A stretch of DNA of 32,000 bases. Source: Nitrosococcus oceani ATCC 19707. Lineage in GTDB: Bacteria; Pseudomonadota; Gammaproteobacteria; Nitrosococcales; Nitrosococcaceae. The stretch lies in the NCBI RefSeq assembly GCF_000012805.1, contig NC_007484.1:660001-692000 (forward strand). The letters run 5' to 3'. Below, one piece after another: positions 27,701 through 32,000 of this stretch. A model generated the notes under the pieces. The model was given only the letters and a program-made list of their open reading frames with translations, had not been told where the DNA came from and did no database searches. The translations under genes and the position numbers were made by a program. The stretch's first letter is position 1. Every line of letters starts with the position of its first letter.

Positions 27701-29836
27701 TTGGCCGCTGACCATAATCGAATGGCGCAAGACCTTTCATCATCGACGAACCTGATCGGTTTCACGAGTAGTACTGACAAACCCCACATTGAGGCAATCC
27801 AGATGGCAAATGCTAGGACTGTCCGTAAGACACAGCTTAGTTGGATGGTACCCAGGTTTGTCTTTGCCACGGAGCCATTCCGCGATCGAGCACGCGAAGC
27901 GATCCTCAATTTCAAGAACGATCTGCCCTTCCAGTACGAAGAACACCGCGACATTCCGGAGGCACGGGAGTACCTCACAAAGCAGGCCCTCGAATATGCC
28001 GAGTTGGCGGATCCGGAAAACTATCAGGCCTACCGCACCGAAGAGGGTTCGGACCAAATAGCGATTGTCCACGTCAGCCCATCTGCTGCTCAACCTGAAA
28101 ATATCGCCAGAGCCGAAGAGGCTAATAAGTACCTCAGGCAGACCGGCCTCTGGACATGGGCATCCAAATCATTCGAAGAGACGACATTGAACGACACTTA
28201 TACGATCGAGGATGCCATCGTATTGTCCAAGGAAGCGGACGCCAGCGACTTATTCGAACACCCGAACAGCGAGAATGAAGAAGAGCAGTTGGGGATGCGT
28301 CGAGGTGCAGTCGCCGCCACAGCAGCCATAGCACTTAACTTTAGAGAAGGGTGTACACACGAAGACCTTGAGTGGGCTCGTGGTGTCCTAGGACGCGCAA
28401 TCCGTCTGCCAGAAAAGTTCGAATCGATGTGGTCCCCTGGTTCCGTCGTCCCGTGGCACCAGGGGATCTATGTGGCACGGGGGCTCGCAGCGGATCTCCG
28501 GGAAGGTACAGCAGCGCGCAGCACGGCCAATGACCTCCTCGGGCTAATCGCGCACCCACTTGAAATTGTTGCGTTGACCGCACTCGAAGAGGCCTGCAAG
28601 CTTTGGCCTAATGACTCGAAGTTGACTTGGGCCGCGCTGATATTGGCGTTTTCACTCTGCCACGTTCCTCCGCGGCCGCGTGACCAGCCCCGTCAACACG
28701 GTGAGGCACTCCATACATCAAATGAAGCACAAGCCGCTGTCAACGCGGCGCTTGCGTTCTATGAGCACGGAAGCGAATGGGCGCCTCTCCCTTTACCGCC
28801 TCCAGCCTGGGTGAAGGTCGAACCTGAGAAGGGCCGGCGTGGGTATCAAAGATATGAAGATTACGACTTGGATGATGCAACCGACGCTGCTGAAGTATGG
28901 GGTGAACCGGATGTCTTCTGGCACTCAAAGCAGGCTGCAGAAGTCCTTCAGCGCATCCCCTTGGACGAGGTTCTAAACAGCAGTGCAAAGAGCGTGCTTC
29001 TCGACTTCCTTGCCAGTGTTCTCGACTGGACCAACCAGAAGAATGCACCACCGTGGGTGAAGCCCGGACGCCGCGATCGGTCGGCGACCCAAATCTTTGA
29101 GTGGACGCATACGCTCGGATCAAGGCTGGGATACATGGCTGGCCTTATGCCGCTTGCCGACTTTCAGGCGCGCTTTCTTGATCCGATTTTGGACCTCGAA
29201 GGCGACAATTGCTGGTCTCTTCTTTCGCCATTCACGAGCACCTTTGTCTGCGCTTACGTGTACGATGCGCCGGTCGCTCCAGTCGATACAGTTGCGATAC
29301 TCGATCTCTGTCTCGCGCGGCTCCTCCAGGACCGTACCTTCAAGCGTGACACCTACCGGAGCGGAGAATTTTCAGGCTTCGATCAACCCGAGCTTGTTCG
29401 TACGTTGATGTTTGTCTCAGTCGAACGCGCCGATTTGGCCGCTCGCTACGTGAATGGCGACTGGTCCGAAATCAACCGCATCCTGCCCTTGATTGATCGA
29501 TTTATTCGCGCTGGCGGATGGGCTGCTTCAGTGATGGACTCATTCTTGACGCTCTGTGAACGAGCAAGAGCTAACTACCCGGCCGAAGCCTTCGCAGAGC
29601 AAGTGCTCGCAATTATCGGCGACGGTCCCGACAGCCTGAAAGGTTGGCATGGAACATTCATCCCAGCACGCATTGCAGAGCTGGTGCAACACTTTGCACA
29701 TCGTGACGCGCCGATGACGCTGGCCCTGGCACAGAAGTTCCTGCGAATCCTTGACATGTTAGTCGACATGGGAGATCGGCGAAGTGCCGCGCTGCAGCTT
29801 GGTGAATCGTTCCGCGAGATTAGTGCGCTCTCTTAG
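24798..29836 (+). pseudogene. 3' fragment of the IS-split giant gene: P-loop STAND-like NTPase plus a C-terminal region of roughly 1,350 aa with no recognised motif
   Basis: The frame is open from the IS right end. Walker A GLPGSGKS is at 25397-25420 and Walker B VLFVDAID at 25589-25612, followed by VVVSLRD. I recognise no other motif in the remaining region. The track ORF 24968-29836 uses an internal GTG as its start. Confidence 0.75.
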
Positions 29837-30132
29837 CTCGATGAGCATGCATTACTGGCTTTATCAGATCTGAGTTTAGTTCTGACGGACGAAGTTGTGA
29901 GAGTGATCGGTAACCTGTAATAAATAGACAAGGCCGTTAGTGTTCAGAATAACGTTTGACGATCACTAGTCAGATCTTTCGTGCGTGAAAATCGAGTGTC
30001 CACATTTTTAAAGCGTGGCAGACGGTGTGTGCGGGCTAGCAAACCACCCCACCTACCGAATAGATTTCCCATCGTCCACCGCCACTAATTCTCGCACTAT
30101 GCCCCGTAACAACTCACGGGAGCAGCAGTGCC

Positions 30133-30435
30133 ATGAAACGCCAATTCTGGCCATCAACTTTTCTGATTCTAGGCTTGTGCGTCGCGCCGGCGGCGTTCGC
30201 TGATGCAGACGCGGAGCGTGAGGCGCTGGCGAAAATCATCCATGAGCTCAATGCCCTCGAGACGCTAATCAATCGCGCTGAGGTCAATGCTGATCGGGAT
30301 TCCCGTATCCGATTTCGTTATGACTGGCTGCGTCAGGATCTGAAGCAGATCAAGGACGGCATCCAGTCACACATCGATTCCCCCCGCGCGCAGCCTCGCT
30401 CATTTCCGCCATTGCGCGGCGATTACCGTCGATAG
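30133..30435 (+). CDS. RAQPRD-family ICE protein (secreted)
   Basis: Signal peptide MKRQFWPSTFLILGLCVAPAAFA. The family-defining motif RAQPR lies near the C-terminus (DSPRAQPRSFPPL). Confidence 0.8.
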   Translation: MKRQFWPSTFLILGLCVAPAAFADADAEREALAKIIHELNALETLINRAEVNADRDSRIRFRYDWLRQDLKQIKDGIQSHIDSPRAQPRSFPPLRGDYRR

Positions 30436-30444
30436 GTCTGGAGC

Positions 30445-30675
30445 ATGACCGCCGCACAGCAAACTGCATTCCAGGCCGGCTCCGGTATTACGCCAGCCAC
30501 CATGCTGACGTCGATCGCGTCGATGGTTCTGGTGTTGGCGTTTGTCTGGGTTATCTGGGTGGCGTTAGGGGTTTTTCGGGCCTGGCAGGAAGGGCAAGCC
30601 ACGGTCTTCGATCTGACCTGGAGCACTCTGCGAGCAAGCATTGTTTTGATGGTTTTGGGTTTCTATTTGCGGTGA
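30445..30675 (+). CDS. Small 2-TM ICE membrane protein (DUF3262 / PFL_4701-like)
   Basis: A 76-aa protein with two hydrophobic helices. It follows the RAQPRD gene directly, as in the remembered backbone. Confidence 0.6.
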   Translation: MTAAQQTAFQAGSGITPATMLTSIASMVLVLAFVWVIWVALGVFRAWQEGQATVFDLTWSTLRASIVLMVLGFYLR

Positions 30676-30775
30676 GTCAATCGAGAAAGTCCGGTAAGGG
30701 CAAACGGCGATGCATCGCAGTGGGATGCGGGGATAGGCCCCCTTTTTATCAGCGTTACAGAAGAGGACATTTGTT

Positions 30776-31153
30776 ATGGGTACATCAAATACAAAAATCG
30801 GCACCAACAAAAAATCGTCTGCCAATCGCAAGTCGCTATTGGCGGCGGCCGCGGTGCTTTTCCCACTGCCGCTCTGGGCGGCGTTGCCGACGCCGGTCGC
30901 GCCGAGCACCGCTCCGCCGGCCGGTGACTGGATAGGCCTGATTCAGGGCTATATCAAAGATGGTGGTTTGGTACTCGGACTGGCCATTGCAGTTCTGGGA
31001 TTTCTCTGGATCGCGTACCTGGGCTTCGCGAAATTCAATGAAGCTCGCCAAGGCAAGGCGGAGTGGGCTGAAGTCGGTGTCCTGGGGATCGTCGGCGCGA
31101 TTGTGCTGATCTTCGCCAGCTATCTGCTCACAGAAGCGGCTGGCGTTATTTAA
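30776..31153 (+). CDS. ICE membrane protein, pilin-like (DUF2976-type)
   Basis: A long leader with a signal-like segment (LLAAAAVLFPLPLWA) and two C-terminal TM helices. This resembles the VirB2/TrbC-type topology. Confidence 0.55.
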   Translation: MGTSNTKIGTNKKSSANRKSLLAAAAVLFPLPLWAALPTPVAPSTAPPAGDWIGLIQGYIKDGGLVLGLAIAVLGFLWIAYLGFAKFNEARQGKAEWAEVGVLGIVGAIVLIFASYLLTEAAGVI

Positions 31154-31191
31154 CTCCCGACGTCAACAGCTGCTTGCAATAGGAGACGCGA

Positions 31192-31572
31192 ATGTCCAAC
31201 GACCATGAAACTCTGGCGGATCGGCTCAATGCCGAGCCCGCCATCTTTAAAGGCTGCTCATCCTCTGAGCTCGGCATGATTGTGGGGTTTGCCATCGTGG
31301 TATGGCTGCCCCTCAGTCTCTTACTGGCCTGGTTGCTGGGGGCAATCACTATGGGCTTTGGTATCGCCGGTGTCGGTGTGGTGGCCACCGTCGTGGTTAT
31401 GGCGACGTTGTTTCAGCGTATCAAACGCGGGCGGCCTGAGGGCTATTACCAACAATGGCTACGTATTCGTTTGCAAACGATGGGGCTGTATCGCACGCCC
31501 TGGGTATTACGTAGCGGGTCCTGGGACATTGGGAGAACGCACTATGCGCCGCTACCGACTCGAAATCGATAA
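31192..31572 (+). CDS. ICE conjugal-transfer membrane protein (DUF3487-type)
   Basis: A 126-aa protein with a two-helix hydrophobic core (IVGFAIVVWLPLSLLLAWLLGAITMGFGIAGVGVVATVVVMA). It is in the expected backbone position. Confidence 0.55.
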   Translation: MSNDHETLADRLNAEPAIFKGCSSSELGMIVGFAIVVWLPLSLLLAWLLGAITMGFGIAGVGVVATVVVMATLFQRIKRGRPEGYYQQWLRIRLQTMGLYRTPWVLRSGSWDIGRTHYAPLPTRNR

Positions 31573-32000
31573 CGTGCGGTCACATTTGCGCTCCCTGTGG
31601 GTCGTGATCGGCTTGCAAGGACTGATCATTCTCGCGCTCTGGATCGGCTGGAGCCAGGCACCCAAGCAGCTGCGAGTTTATGTACCACCTGATTTGCGCT
31701 CGGGCGCTGTGTTGGCCGCAGAGGAAGTACCTCCAGCGAACGTCTATGCCTTCGCGTTCTACATTTTTCAGCAGCTCAATCGCTGGCCCGAGAACGGCGC
31801 GACAGATTACGGCAATGCGATTTTTCGGATCTCACCCTATCTGACGCCTCGCTACCGCAATGATCTGATCGAGGATATGGAGTTGAAGGCCAGACGTGGT
31901 GAGCTGGCTTATCGGGTGCGCGGTGTTCATGAAGTGCCGGGGCATGGCTACGAAGAACGCCGCGTTGACGTGTTGTCCTCCGACGCCTGGATCGTGTGGC
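31544..32000 (+). CDS. ICE transfer protein (DUF2895-type), partial, runs off the window end
   Basis: Not in the ORF track because it is truncated. The ATG at 31544 overlaps the end of the previous gene. The translation MRRYRLEIDNVRSHLRSLWVVIGLQGLIILALWIGWSQAPKQLRVYVPPDLRSG... has one N-terminal TM helix and stays open to position 32000. Confidence 0.6.
   Translation, partial: MRRYRLEIDNVRSHLRSLWVVIGLQGLIILALWIGWSQAPKQLRVYVPPDLRSGAVLAAEEVPPANVYAFAFYIFQQLNRWPENGATDYGNAIFRISPYLTPRYRNDLIEDMELKARRGELAYRVRGVHEVPGHGYEERRVDVLSSDAWIVW

Noticed and set aside
29864-29977. 8-bp repeats in the cargo-distal spacer: TCAGATCT at 29864-29871 and 29970-29977; AGTGATCG at 29902-29909 with CGATCACT at 29960-29967
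   Set aside because: Inverted or direct repeats of 8 bp within about 100 bp are expected many times by chance in 32 kb. The arms do not extend, so this is not convincing as a MITE, att site or terminator.

Overview
The window starts with a chromosomal housekeeping locus: a partial xseA on the minus strand, divergent from guaB-guaA. This synteny is typical of Gammaproteobacteria. From just 3' of guaA to the window end (about 28.6 kb) lies the left part of an integrative conjugative element (ICE) of the PFGI-1 / pKLC102 / ICEclc / ICEHin1056 type (MPF-G). That assignment comes from remembered family signatures, not from a search. In order, the ICE carries: a P4-like tyrosine integrase with clustered arm-type repeats, an AlpA-like excisionase/regulator, a CI/LexA-like S24 repressor divergent from a Cro-like gene with shared operator repeats, a ParB-like protein, replication/maintenance-type genes (DUF2857-like, STY4528-like, PFL_4669-like, ParM-like actin ATPase, SSB-like STY4534-type protein, RadC), an 845-bp structured non-coding gap, a second tyrosine-recombinase-domain gene, and a tightly coupled transfer operon (PilL-like lipoprotein, CxxC thioredoxin-like protein, lytic transglycosylase, TraD coupling ATPase, membrane protein). 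After a cargo insertion come five further transfer-module genes: a RAQPRD-motif protein, a small 2-TM protein, a pilin-like membrane protein, a 2-TM membrane protein, and one partial gene at the window end. The cargo (about 21.3-30.1 kb) is the most interesting part. It holds an Xre(DUF2384)-RES toxin-antitoxin pair translationally coupled to a DEDDh (DnaQ-like) exonuclease. It also holds a giant gene of about 1,794 codons: a PD-(D/E)xK-like N-domain, a P-loop STAND-like NTPase, and a C-terminal region of roughly 1,350 aa with no motif I recognise. This gene is split by an IS3-family insertion sequence; removing the IS and one copy of its target duplication restores the reading frame exactly. 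I saw no rRNA, tRNA or CRISPR array. All family assignments are from motif reading of the translations, and no database search was run.
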